64,000 bases of DNA from contig CAZVDE010000002.1 in NCBI GenBank assembly GCA_964626065.1, positions 26,032 to 90,031 of the forward strand. The letters are read 5' to 3'. Shown piece after piece: positions 9,995 through 20,643 of the stretch (the stretch's first letter is position 1; each line of letters begins with the position of its first letter). A program made the translations under genes and the position numbers. The DNA comes from an uncultured Clostridiaceae bacterium (GTDB lineage Bacteria; Bacillota; Limnochordia; Darwinibacteriales; Darwinibacteriaceae). The notes beneath the pieces were generated by a model that was given only the letters and a program-made list of their open reading frames with translations, ran no database searches and was not told where the DNA came from.

Positions 9995-10024
9995 TTGATA
10001 GCAGCTGTTCAGATCATGTATAGT
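9995..10024 (+). promoter_or_regulatory. Putative sigma-A promoter for resA-ccdA
   Basis: TTGATA-N18-TATAGT. It lies very close to the RBS of ATG 10043, so leader length is questionable. Confidence 0.3.
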
Positions 10025-10042
10025 GGGGAAAAGGGGGTTGAA

Positions 10043-10549
10043 GAAATGAGGAAGCGCGGTTTAGTCCTTTTGACGGTTTTATGTTTGGCCATCACTGGGG
10101 CGGCGGTCGTTCAGGCACAGGAAGGAAAACCCCTGGTGCCGGACTTTACGTTAATGTCCGCCGCGGGCGAGGAGATCAGCTTGAGTGATTACCGGGGCAA
10201 AATTGTGGTCCTGAATTTTTGGGCGAGCTGGTGCCAGCCCTGTCGCGCCGAGATGGGTGAGCTGCAAAAGTTACACGAGCTATTCCAAGACAGTGAAAGC
10301 CGTGTACTGCTCCTAATTAACCAGATCAATGGCAGGCATGAGACTTTGGAGACGAGCAGAAAATACTTGGAAGACAATGGATTTACCATGACTAATCTCT
10401 ATGACCACGGGCAGGTGGGTCTGGGCATTTTTGGCATTCCGGGGCTGCCCACTACAGTCATCATTGACCGGGAGGGGTATTTGTCCGACTATAAAGTTGG
10501 CCAGGTGAACATGTTCGCTGTTCTGCAGATGATTGAGGGTGCTAAATAA
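10043..10549 (+). CDS. TlpA/ResA-like thiol-disulfide oxidoreductase (thioredoxin fold)
   Basis: Signal/anchor followed by a WASWCQPCRAEM CxxC motif. Start at ATG 10043, after an AAGGGGG RBS, rather than at 9977. Confidence 0.8.
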   Translation, partial: EMRKRGLVLLTVLCLAITGAAVVQAQEGKPLVPDFTLMSAAGEEISLSDYRGKIVVLNFWASWCQPCRAEMGELQKLHELFQDSESRVLLLINQINGRHETLETSRKYLEDNGFTMTNLYDHGQVGLGIFGIPGLPTTVIIDREGYLSDYKVGQVNMFAVLQMIEGAK

Positions 10550-11256
10550 TGCTGCAGGGTATGGGCCCGGAAATAAGTCTATCACTGTTTGGTTTCAGTT
10601 TCTTAGAAGGCCTGCTGGCCTTTGTCTCTCCCTGTATTTTGCCTATGCTGCCCATTTACTTGATGTACTTAGGGGGCGCGGAGGGGGAAACGCTCTCCCG
10701 GCGGCGGCTGCTCAGCAATACACTGGGCTTTATAACCGGATTTAGCTTGGTCTTTGTTGCGTTAGGGGCGACCGCTTCGGCCCTGGGGGCCTTGCTTGTG
10801 GCCCATCGTGTTTTGCTGCAGAGGATTTCGGGCCTGGTTGTGATTGTTTTTGGCCTCAATTACCTCGGTGTGTTTCAGGTGGCCTTTCTTAATCGTTCTA
10901 AGACCTTCTCCGTTGAGACGAAAAATCTTAAATTTTGGTCCAGCACCCTGTTCGGCGCGGCCTTTTCTTTCGGTTGGACGCCTTGTTTGGGCGCATTTTT
11001 AGGTACTGCCCTGCTTTTAGCTTCCAATGCCAAGACTTTGTATCAGGGCATGGGGTTACTTTTGGTGTTTTCGCTGGGCCTGGCCATTCCTTTTTTTCTC
11101 ACCGCCATTTTGTGGAGCAGGCTGCAGGGCGCATTCGGCTTCATTAAACGCAACATGAGGCTGATCCGGGGCATCTCGGGCGCGCTGTTGGTGTTGGTGG
11201 GTATTCTGATGCTGTTCGATCGTTTCGGCGGCTATGCCCGCCTATTCTTAGACTAA
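10549..11256 (+). CDS. ccdA: Cytochrome c-type biogenesis / disulfide-electron-transfer protein CcdA (DsbD family)
   Basis: 6-TM protein with the conserved paired cysteines (FVSPCILPML and WTPCLGAFLG). TAATG overlap with resA. Confidence 0.85.
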   Translation: MLQGMGPEISLSLFGFSFLEGLLAFVSPCILPMLPIYLMYLGGAEGETLSRRRLLSNTLGFITGFSLVFVALGATASALGALLVAHRVLLQRISGLVVIVFGLNYLGVFQVAFLNRSKTFSVETKNLKFWSSTLFGAAFSFGWTPCLGAFLGTALLLASNAKTLYQGMGLLLVFSLGLAIPFFLTAILWSRLQGAFGFIKRNMRLIRGISGALLVLVGILMLFDRFGGYARLFLD

Positions 11257-11257
11257 A

Positions 11258-11283
11258 AAAGCCCCCGTGAAAGGGGGCTTTAG
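11258..11283. terminator. Bidirectional Rho-independent terminator (ccdA / tpl convergent pair)
   Basis: AAAAAA-GCCCCC-GTGAAA-GGGGGC-TTT. Confidence 0.7.
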
Positions 11284-11293
11284 GCGGCGAACT

Positions 11294-12691
<1,398 letters not shown>

Positions 12692-12886
12692 TTATGTTTC
12701 GCGCGACGGCATACCCCACACCTCCCTGCGCCGCCGCTATTGCATTTATTATTAAAGTTCTGTAAAGGATTTCTTCTTTCAGGTGAATAAATCCTGCACA
12801 ATATTTTAGAACGCTTGAACTTGATCAACCCTTCGGGTACAATTTAAGTGTTGTTTGCCATGAAAAGGGAGAGAAAGGAATTGTCT

Positions 12887-13060
12887 ATGACTTGCAAAAG
12901 TTTGGCCATGCAGATTCGAGGCCGCATTAATGAATTGAAATCGGAACAGATTATGCTCAGGCCCTTCATCGCTTCCGATCAGGCTCTGTGGGAGGCGTTG
13001 GAAAAGGCCATTTCGGAGTTAAACTGGGTCTTGGAACGAGTGGTATCCGAGGAGGAATAA
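12887..13060 (+). CDS. Hypothetical small helical protein (57 aa)
   Basis: ATG 12887 follows an AAAGGAA RBS. The stop lies 2 nt before the start of the downstream secreted hydrolase. No family recognised. Confidence 0.4.
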   Translation: MTCKSLAMQIRGRINELKSEQIMLRPFIASDQALWEALEKAISELNWVLERVVSEEE

Positions 13061-13062
13061 AC

Positions 13063-14667
13063 ATGAAGCATCTGCGGATTTTAGCTGCTCTCGTGACGTT
13101 GATCGTTGTTTGCTCGCCTGCAGTGTTAAGCGCCGAAACCAAAGGGGAATTCATCTTATTCTTGGCCGGCAGCGAGGCCGGCCGTGAAACGTACAGCTAT
13201 GCTGATGCCGTCCTTGAGACGAACGGTACAATTGCAGTAGGAGCGCAAACGCTCACAGTTGCCAGTGAATTAAAGGGCAAGGGCGGTGTTTGGCGGCAGT
13301 ACAGTGCTGCTTTTTTACCCGGGGCAGCGCTGAAAGCCGATTTCAGCCCGGGGAAAGTCCGGTTTGAAGTTGGCCCGCTGCAGCGGGAATACCCACTGGC
13401 AAGGGATTATGTTGTTTTAGAAAACAATGTTTTCGCCCATTACCTACAGCTGCTGCAGTTGGGCCTTACAGAAGGGGAGCGGCGGGCGCTTCCGATTGTA
13501 GTGCCCAGCCTGGTCTTGGCTAATCAAAACCCCATATTGGAGGGGAGCCTAGAACACCGGGGCCGAGTATTGTATCAAAGCGCGGGTGAAACGTTTTACC
13601 TGCAGGAATTACTGCTTACGCTGCCCGGCAATCTGCAGGTGCTTTTAGCGGGCGATGATGACCGCAACTTGTTTTTGCTGGAAATTCCGCTGCAGGGTGT
13701 GCGGGTTGTAGACAGCGATTTTGCGGATCTAACCAGTCTGAGCGGGAAAAGCGCAAGCATCCCCCACTGGATAAGCGAGGATTTTACGGTTGAGAAGGAA
13801 GGGATAGTCTTAGCCGGTACCTTGGCCCTGCCAACTCAAGGTGCGCCCCCCTTTGCCGCCGTTTTTCTAAACTCGGGTTCCGGGCCTCAAGACCGCGATG
13901 GCAATACGCCGCCCGTTTATATGGCGGATATGTTCAAAACAATGATGGAGCACTTCACCGCGGCCGGCTTTGCGGTTTTAGCCTATGATGAACGGGGAGT
14001 GGGCGCAAGCAGCGGGGATTACGCTGCGGCCTCATTAAATGATCTTCTCTCCGATGTGGAGGCCCTTCTTGATTTTCTGGCCGGCCATCCTCTTGTGGAT
14101 CCAAATCGCTTAGCCATGCTGGGCCACAGCGAGGGCGCCCTATTTGCGCCCGTGTTCGCGGATCGTTTGTCTGCCCTTATTCTGCTGGCCGGCCCTTCCA
14201 TTCCCCTTGATGAACTCCTGCCCGAACAGCTCCGGTACCAGCTCGCCCAGGAGTGGCTTTCAGCCGAAGAAAAGGAGATCTTAAACGAACTGCTTGCCCA
14301 GGTTGAACAAGTGCTGCAGGAAGCACGGGAGGGGCAGGAAAAGAGCGCTATTTTGCCGCTTAACCTGGACTGGTTGCGAGAGCACATGGAATTGGATCCC
14401 AAATCTAATCTGGCTGCCATCAAGGATCAACCGGTTTTGATTATCCAAGGTGAAGAAGATCTAAAAGTTATGCCTTACCACGCCCAAGAACTCGCCGATG
14501 CCTTGCGCGGGGCAGGCAATGAAAACGTAGCGGTGCACTATTTAGAGGGTACTACACATGAGTTTGGCTTTTCCGTATTTGACCCCCAATTTGATCCCCT
14601 CGATCCGCTGCGCATCAACCCCCGCTTATTTGACCTGATTACCGATTGGCTGGGGGAAAACTTATAA
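13063..14667 (+). CDS. Secreted alpha/beta-hydrolase with an N-terminal domain of unknown function
   Basis: Signal peptide MKHLRILAALVTLIVVCSPAVLSA. GHSEG nucleophile elbow and a NSGSGPQDRDG region typical of dienelactone/S9-like hydrolases. Confidence 0.7.
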   Translation: MKHLRILAALVTLIVVCSPAVLSAETKGEFILFLAGSEAGRETYSYADAVLETNGTIAVGAQTLTVASELKGKGGVWRQYSAAFLPGAALKADFSPGKVRFEVGPLQREYPLARDYVVLENNVFAHYLQLLQLGLTEGERRALPIVVPSLVLANQNPILEGSLEHRGRVLYQSAGETFYLQELLLTLPGNLQVLLAGDDDRNLFLLEIPLQGVRVVDSDFADLTSLSGKSASIPHWISEDFTVEKEGIVLAGTLALPTQGAPPFAAVFLNSGSGPQDRDGNTPPVYMADMFKTMMEHFTAAGFAVLAYDERGVGASSGDYAAASLNDLLSDVEALLDFLAGHPLVDPNRLAMLGHSEGALFAPVFADRLSALILLAGPSIPLDELLPEQLRYQLAQEWLSAEEKEILNELLAQVEQVLQEAREGQEKSAILPLNLDWLREHMELDPKSNLAAIKDQPVLIIQGEEDLKVMPYHAQELADALRGAGNENVAVHYLEGTTHEFGFSVFDPQFDPLDPLRINPRLFDLITDWLGENL

Positions 14668-14671
14668 AAAA

Positions 14672-14702
14672 AAGGCCCGATCCATGCGGATGGGGCCTTT
14701 CT
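14672..14702. terminator. Bidirectional terminator between the hydrolase and the convergent cold-shock gene
   Basis: GGCCCGATCCAT-GCGG-ATGGGGCC hairpin flanked by A8 upstream and TTT downstream. Confidence 0.6.
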
Positions 14703-14718
14703 GCGTTTGCGGTTAGTT

Positions 14719-14916
14719 TTAGAGACGAGTAACGTTTGCCGCCTGCGGACCTCTCGATCCTTCCACGATATCAAAGCTGACTTCGTCGCCTTCGTTGAGC
14801 GATTTAAAGCCGTCGCCTTGAATGGCGGAATAGTGGACGAATACGTCATCACCGTTGTCTACTTCGATAAAACCGAAACCTTTTTCTGCGTTAAACCATT
14901 TGACTCTGCCAATCAT
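14719..14916 (-). CDS. Cold-shock protein (CspA family)
   Basis: [17 protein letters not shown]...[11 protein letters not shown]1/RNP2 motifs. 65 aa. Confidence 0.95.
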   Translation of the reverse strand: MIGRVKWFNAEKGFGFIEVDNGDDVFVHYSAIQGDGFKSLNEGDEVSFDIVEGSRGPQAANVTRL

Positions 14917-15150
14917 GCGTTCAATGGCCTCCTCTTATTTATTACTAGTCAAAAGCCAAAATACAGCAAACATTGAAAACCCTTGCTCACTTTGTGGTGG
15001 CATTTGAGGCCTTTGTTCGCATCATTCAACTTCTTAACCGATCCAAGTGTAACATGCCGTCAATCCGCTGTCAATCTTAATCGACAAAAGGTAAAATAAT
15101 GGCAATGTAGAATAATGACTAAAGTGGGAAAATAAGCCTCTTGGATTGTG

Positions 15151-15177
15151 TTAAAGGTGTTTGGAAATATGCCGATA
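15151..15177 (+). promoter_or_regulatory. Sigma-D (sigma-28/FliA) type promoter upstream of fliD
   Basis: TAAA-N15-GCCGATAA, against the consensus TAAA-N15-GCCGATAT. It lies about 30 nt upstream of the fliD RBS. Confidence 0.6.
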
Positions 15178-15204
15178 ACAGAAATATAGGACCTTAAGGA
15201 AGAG

Positions 15205-16665
15205 GTGAGGCGGGTGAGGATTTCCGGTTTGTCATCGGGCCTGGATGTGGAGCAGATTATTGAAGATCTAATGCGTGTGGAGCGCATTCCGGTCGATCGA
15301 GTGTTTCAGCAGAAAGTCGAGGCGGAATGGCAGAGAGATGCCTATCGCGATGTGAATATGAAGTTTCTGCGGCTGAGAAACATGTCCTTCGATCTCAGTT
15401 TACAGGGCACCTTCGATAAAAAAACAGCCACATCATCGCACGAAGGCATTCTCACGGTTACTGCCACAGGTAGAGCCCAGGAGGGGCAGTACGAGCTGCA
15501 GGTGGAGCAATTAGCTGCCGCGGGCAGGGTGGTTTTTGAGGACGTTGGCACTAATTTGGCCGAGTTTTTTGCGGATGGTACCGATCAGGCTGCGTTTACC
15601 CTGCGGGCGGGAAATTCGGAAGATCATGAGGGGTACGAAATAACGGTAGCCAAAGGCGATAATTTAATTGATATCGCTCAAAAAATTAATGCCCACAAAG
15701 ATCTGGGCATTCACGCGTTTTCGGATGGCGCAAGTATTTCTCTGACAACTCGGGCTACAGGCACCGGGGCCCAAATTGAAGTAGTAAATGACTCTGACGA
15801 TTTTTTTGCGGAGGTTTTCGGTGTAATCCGCGCAGGGGAAGGCCGGGGGCAGAATGCCATAGTTGAAGTTAACGGCATTAAATTGGAGGCTGAAAGCAAC
15901 ACTCTTGATATAAATGGATTAAGAGTCGATCTGCACGGGGCCGATACTGATACAATGGTGCGTGTCAATGTGGCCCACGATGTGGAGGCGGCGGTGGAGA
16001 GCATCAAAGAGTTTGCAGATCTTTACAACGAGCTCGTGGAGGAATTGAATGCGGCGCTGCGTGAAGATGTGCACAGGGAATTCCGGCCCTTGACTGATGC
16101 CGAAAAGGCGGAAATGTCCGATAAAGAGATTGAACTGTGGGAAGAAAAGGCCAAAAGCGGGCTACTGCGTTCTGACCGGCTGATCAGTGGTGTCCTAACC
16201 GAAATGCGCCTGGCCTTGGGCGGGGCTGTGGAAGGGTTGGGTGAGCACCGCAGCTTGGCAGAGATAGGTATTAAGACCGGGGCTTGGTATGAATACGGCA
16301 AGTTGTACATTGACGAAGATAAACTAAGGGGTGCCCTAAGGGACAACCCCGCTGAAGTTCGAGATTTATTCACCCAAAACGGGGAAGGCGGCGCGCAGGG
16401 GCTCGCCAAACGTTTGACCGCTGCCTTGGATCAAGGTATGGACAGAATCACCAAGACAGCGGGTAAAGCCACTACTCTTTACGATCAAAGCTTCTTAGGC
16501 GAACGTATCCGTGATTATGAGGACCGCCTTTTCGCTCTGGAAGAAAGGCTGATTCGCATCGAACAAAATCATTGGAACAAATTTACCGCAATGGAGCAGG
16601 TCCTAAGCCAGCTGTACGCCCAGGGCGATTGGTTATACCAGCAGCTTTTGACGATGCAGGGGTGA
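15205..16665 (+). CDS. fliD: Flagellar filament capping protein FliD (hook-associated protein 2)
   Basis: N-terminus RISGLSSGLDVEQIIEDLMRVERIPVDR...EWQRDAYRDVNMK closely follows the Bacillus FliD N-terminus. 486 aa. Confidence 0.85.
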   Translation: MRRVRISGLSSGLDVEQIIEDLMRVERIPVDRVFQQKVEAEWQRDAYRDVNMKFLRLRNMSFDLSLQGTFDKKTATSSHEGILTVTATGRAQEGQYELQVEQLAAAGRVVFEDVGTNLAEFFADGTDQAAFTLRAGNSEDHEGYEITVAKGDNLIDIAQKINAHKDLGIHAFSDGASISLTTRATGTGAQIEVVNDSDDFFAEVFGVIRAGEGRGQNAIVEVNGIKLEAESNTLDINGLRVDLHGADTDTMVRVNVAHDVEAAVESIKEFADLYNELVEELNAALREDVHREFRPLTDAEKAEMSDKEIELWEEKAKSGLLRSDRLISGVLTEMRLALGGAVEGLGEHRSLAEIGIKTGAWYEYGKLYIDEDKLRGALRDNPAEVRDLFTQNGEGGAQGLAKRLTAALDQGMDRITKTAGKATTLYDQSFLGERIRDYEDRLFALEERLIRIEQNHWNKFTAMEQVLSQLYAQGDWLYQQLLTMQG

Positions 16666-16669
16666 TTAT

Positions 16670-17080
16670 GTGACCAGCAAGGGCTATCAATGCAAACTGC
16701 GGCTGTTTACCAAGTTGAGTAGGCTCAGTGAGGAAATGGCGGCTCTTTCCGCGGAACAGCTGCTAGATGATGAGCAGGCTTTAGCGCGCCTGCAGAACTT
16801 GGTGGAACAGCGGGCAGAAGTGATGGCCGAAATCGATCGGTTGCCGCCTGGGGCCGATGGGCGAGAATCTGCCGCCTTGGATGCGGCGGCAGAAAATCAT
16901 TTGCGCCGTGAAATCGAGGCCGCCGAGAAACAAAATGAAATTATCGAAAACACTGTCAAGGCAGTCTTGGACTGTTTGAAGGAAAGGACCAAAAAACTGC
17001 GGGAGGGCAAGCAATCCCAACGCGCCTATGCGGGTAGAACTTTATCTGCCGAAGGTTCTTTTATAGATAAACGCCGTTAG
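16670..17080 (+). CDS. Hypothetical helical protein in the flagellar locus; possible FliT/FlgN-like chaperone
   Basis: 136 aa, all-helical, acidic; 5 nt downstream of fliD. It does not match FliS as I recall it. Confidence 0.35.
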   Translation: MTSKGYQCKLRLFTKLSRLSEEMAALSAEQLLDDEQALARLQNLVEQRAEVMAEIDRLPPGADGRESAALDAAAENHLRREIEAAEKQNEIIENTVKAVLDCLKERTKKLREGKQSQRAYAGRTLSAEGSFIDKRR

Positions 17081-17099
17081 GCGTGTTAAGGAGTAGAGA

Positions 17100-17660
17100 T
17101 TGATGACCTTGAGTTCTAAAGATTACGCGATTCATAATCAAATGGAGGATTTGGCCGATCTTGCTATCCAGCAGGTGATTTCGGAAGACCCAGACGCTTG
17201 TGGATGCCCGTTTTGCCGTTCCGATATGAAATGCCTAATCTTAAATCGTCTCCAGCCCGCTTACCAGCCCGTTGCGGAGTTGGATAGGGGCCGTTTGGCC
17301 CGCCTGGAAGATTTAGAACGGGAGCTATTCGATCAAATTATGGTAGAAACGCATCGCGCCTTAGCGCTGGTGAAGTCCGGTCCCCGGCATCAGGGGAAAC
17401 GTTCGCCTCTCCACAATGAATTGGAGGAATTTGTCGTGATTGCCCTGCGGGAGGTCTTAAACCACCAGGAGCAGACCCTTACTTTTGCCCAATTGAGCCG
17501 GGTCATGGCAGCGGTGCTCAGTGACCTGCGCCCCCGTTATACTACCACTCATAAGGGAAGCGCTTTTTCCCGGACTATTCAAATCGATCCCGATTATTTA
17601 GCCCGGATTTACTCCAGCATCTACGCCGCCTTCAATAAGTTGAAAGCCAAATCTGAATAA
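17100..17660 (+). CDS. ComFB-family protein (YvyF-like, flagellar-locus paralogue)
   Basis: CGCPFCRSDMKC (C-x-C-x2-C-x5-C) cysteine cluster and overall layout resemble the ComFB domain. 186 aa. Confidence 0.5.
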   Translation: MMTLSSKDYAIHNQMEDLADLAIQQVISEDPDACGCPFCRSDMKCLILNRLQPAYQPVAELDRGRLARLEDLERELFDQIMVETHRALALVKSGPRHQGKRSPLHNELEEFVVIALREVLNHQEQTLTFAQLSRVMAAVLSDLRPRYTTTHKGSAFSRTIQIDPDYLARIYSSIYAAFNKLKAKSE

Positions 17661-17678
17661 CCCTGCTAAATCAAAGCA

Positions 17679-17708
17679 AAAGCCGATTAATCGTCGGCTT
17701 TTTTTTAT
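17679..17708 (+). terminator. Rho-independent terminator after the fliD locus
   Basis: GCCGATTAATCGTCGGC hairpin followed by T8. Confidence 0.75.
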
Positions 17709-17756
17709 ATTCTCGCGTTTTGGATATACTAGTCAAAAGCATAAAAGGGTGAGCGG

Positions 17757-19280
17757 ATGTTCTTTTGGAACAGGTTGACAGGCCAAGCTGAGCAATCGCG
17801 GCGGGAGGTGCTCAAAAACTCCCTGCAGGAAAACCTGCGCCGCTTTAAAGAAGATTATTTCCACAACGTGGAGACCGTTATGTACCGCGAATTTCGCACC
17901 GCCCCACCCCGGGCTCGTGACTGTGCTCTGATCTATATGGATAATATGGTGAAACACGAATCCGCAAGTGATTATATTCTGCGGCCCATGATGAATACAG
18001 GGCTGCCGCCGCGCTTGCGGGGCAAAGAACTTGCGGAACATGTAATCAAAACGATAGTCCTCGCGGACGGGGTGAATACCCAATCCGGCCATGGGGAGCT
18101 GGCCGAAGCTATTTTGAGCGGAACGGTAGTTATCCTGATCGACAATTGCGATGTGGGCATCACCATCGATGCCAAGGGGTGGGAACAAAGGGGTGTTACA
18201 GAACCCCCCTCGGAAAACGTGGTCAGGGGGCCCCGAGCCGGTTTTACCGAGGATTTGGGTGTGGGACTCGCTTTACTCCGCCGTAAAATAAAATGCCCAT
18301 CTTTAAAGGTCAAATACCTGGAAGTAGGCACCGAAACGCGCACTAAAGTGGCTGTAACCTACTTACAAGATGTGGCCAACGAAGAACTGGTGGATGAGGT
18401 GCTGGGCAGGATAGAGGAAATTGAGATCGATGGCATATTGGATTCCGGCTATATTGAAGAGCTGATTCGCGATGCGCCCTATTCACCCTTCCCCACCATG
18501 GGCAACACGGAACGGCCGGACGTGGTTGCCGCGAAGATTTTGGAAGGCCGGGTGGCAATTTTGGTGGACGGCACCCCCTTTGCCTTGACCGCGCCTCATT
18601 TTTTCATGGAGAACTTTCAGGCCAACGAGGATTATTATAAAAACTGGCTGGCTGCTTCGTTTCAGAGGATTTTACGCTATATATGTTTTTTTCTGACGAC
18701 TAGTGTACCCGCTTTATATCTTGCTCTCGTCACTTACCACCCCCAACTAATTCCAACAGAGCTGGTGCTCAGCATTTCCGCTTCGCGCAAAGCGGTGCCT
18801 TTCCCCGCAATAGTAGAAATTGTTGCCATGGGGCTCATGTTTGAGATCTTGCGGGAGGCGGGGATTCGCCTGCCTCAGCCGGTAGGTGATGCGGTCAGCA
18901 TCGTGGGTGCGGTGGTACTGGGCGAGGCCGCGGTTGTGGCCAACTTGGTCAGCGCCCCGATGATCATTGTAGTGGGCATAACGGGAATTGCGGGCTTTGC
19001 CACCCCCATGCTGCACGGGCCCACCATACTGATCCGCTTCACCTTTGTGCTCTTGGCCTCTATCTTGGGGTTATACGGCTATCTATTCGGTTTGGTGGGC
19101 TTGCTGCTTCATTTGGCCACTATCCATTCCTTTGGCGCTCCGTATTTAACGGGGTATACATCACTTAGGCCGCAGGAAGCGAAAGATACTGCCATTCGCG
19201 CCCCCTGGTGGTGGATGCTTCTGCGTCCTAAATTTTTAGGCAGCCGCAACCGAGTGCGCCTCAGGGGTAACCGGCTATGA
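17757..19280 (+). CDS. Spore germination protein, GerAA family
   Basis: VDGTPFALTAPHFFMENFQANEDYY signature region and C-terminal TM helices. 507 aa. Confidence 0.85.
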   Translation: MFFWNRLTGQAEQSRREVLKNSLQENLRRFKEDYFHNVETVMYREFRTAPPRARDCALIYMDNMVKHESASDYILRPMMNTGLPPRLRGKELAEHVIKTIVLADGVNTQSGHGELAEAILSGTVVILIDNCDVGITIDAKGWEQRGVTEPPSENVVRGPRAGFTEDLGVGLALLRRKIKCPSLKVKYLEVGTETRTKVAVTYLQDVANEELVDEVLGRIEEIEIDGILDSGYIEELIRDAPYSPFPTMGNTERPDVVAAKILEGRVAILVDGTPFALTAPHFFMENFQANEDYYKNWLAASFQRILRYICFFLTTSVPALYLALVTYHPQLIPTELVLSISASRKAVPFPAIVEIVAMGLMFEILREAGIRLPQPVGDAVSIVGAVVLGEAAVVANLVSAPMIIVVGITGIAGFATPMLHGPTILIRFTFVLLASILGLYGYLFGLVGLLLHLATIHSFGAPYLTGYTSLRPQEAKDTAIRAPWWWMLLRPKFLGSRNRVRLRGNRL

Positions 19281-20422
19281 GCAAAAACATACGGCCCGTT
19301 TTTATAATACTTATCTGCCTTCTTTTGTCCGGCTGTTGGGATCACCTCGAGCTGGAAACGCTGGATTTTGTGCTCGGTGTAGGCGTGGACGCGGTGGAAC
19401 CGGATTTTGACATTATTACCGAACTCGTTAAGGTCAAAGGGGCACAAGAAACCGAATTCGAGCCTGTTGTACTCACAACTAAGGGAGGGACATTCTTTAC
19501 GTCCGGGCGCTCTTTAACGAAACCCGCGGGAATTCGTATGCGTTGGGCCCATGCCCAAGTGTTTATCGTATCCGAAGAGGCGGCTCGGGAGAATATCCTA
19601 TCGGCGATTGAATTGATTATGCGGGACCCGGACGTGAGGACCTCAATTTTACTGATGGTGGCGAAAGACTGCACCGTTCACGAGATCTTCACAAGCAAAC
19701 CGCCCATAACCGATTTCGTCAGCGATCATCTGCGCAATCTAGTGGAACTGCGGGATCGGATACCCTTTTTTTATTCACGCAAACTGTGGGAATTCAGGCA
19801 GACACTGGCCCTGAGCGGAATCAACGGCGTTCTGCCCACGGTGCAGCTCGTGCAGGAAGGTGAGGACAAAGTGCCTGTTTTAGACGGTAGCGCTGTTTTT
19901 AAGGGATGCCAAATGGTGGGCTGGCTCACCGGGCCGGAATCGCGCGTTTTCGCCATGCTCATGGGTGAGCGCGACCGCGGCCCCTTAGTGGTTAAGACGG
20001 AAGTTGGTGGAGAGCGGGGGGAGATTACGTACGAAATCAGGGGCAACCAGGTCAAAATTACTCCACTCACCGAAGGCCCGCGCCTTGGTTTTTCCATTGC
20101 GCTGCAGCTGCAGGTGGATTTACCTGAGTTAGGTTCTCTAGACATCGAATATGAGGATCCTAAGGTCGAAGCTGCTTTAGAAAGAGAGATTAACATCTTG
20201 GTGCAGGGCCAGATTCTAAATTTGATTGGTAGGGTGCAGCGAGAATTCGGGGCGGATATATTTGGCTTCGGATTGCTCTTGAAGAAGCGTAATCCAAGCG
20301 TTTGGCGCGCCTACGCGGATAATTGGGACGACACCTTCGCTGCGCTAGATATTAGCGCAGAAGTCAGCAGCAGAATTGTTTCCACAGGAGTCCTTTCCAA
20401 ACCGCTGCGCATGAGGGAATAG
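19277..20422 (+). CDS. Germination lipoprotein, Ger(x)C family
   Basis: Lipobox LLLSGC followed by WD..ELE...V.GVGVD. 381 aa. ATGA overlap with gerAA. Confidence 0.85.
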   Translation: MSKNIRPVFIILICLLLSGCWDHLELETLDFVLGVGVDAVEPDFDIITELVKVKGAQETEFEPVVLTTKGGTFFTSGRSLTKPAGIRMRWAHAQVFIVSEEAARENILSAIELIMRDPDVRTSILLMVAKDCTVHEIFTSKPPITDFVSDHLRNLVELRDRIPFFYSRKLWEFRQTLALSGINGVLPTVQLVQEGEDKVPVLDGSAVFKGCQMVGWLTGPESRVFAMLMGERDRGPLVVKTEVGGERGEITYEIRGNQVKITPLTEGPRLGFSIALQLQVDLPELGSLDIEYEDPKVEAALEREINILVQGQILNLIGRVQREFGADIFGFGLLLKKRNPSVWRAYADNWDDTFAALDISAEVSSRIVSTGVLSKPLRMRE

Positions 20423-20424
20423 AT

Positions 20425-20643
20425 ATGGGGGCGATTCTAGTTGCGGTGGGTTTTGTGGCAGTGGGCGTGCTTGAATTATCCTTGTGGCCGGAGCGCCCCT
20501 TGAAAAAAACGGCCGTCTATGTGGGGCTGCTCGTTTTAATGGCAGCACTTTCGGTGGCGGTGGCACTAGATATCAATTTGCCGGTACCTTCCCCAGTTGA
20601 TGCCCTGCTTAAGCTATTTGAATTTCTGCGAGGGGGAGCTTGA
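20425..20643 (+). CDS. Small 2-TM membrane protein inside the ger operon, hypothetical
   Basis: 72 aa; two hydrophobic helices; 2 nt after gerAC and 0 nt before gerAB. Confidence 0.4.
   Translation: MGAILVAVGFVAVGVLELSLWPERPLKKTAVYVGLLVLMAALSVAVALDINLPVPSPVDALLKLFEFLRGGA

Noticed and set aside
16670-17080. FliS assignment for the gene after fliD
   Set aside because: The N-terminus lacks the FliS AY..N.V.TASP...MLY pattern. Left as hypothetical or FliT-like.
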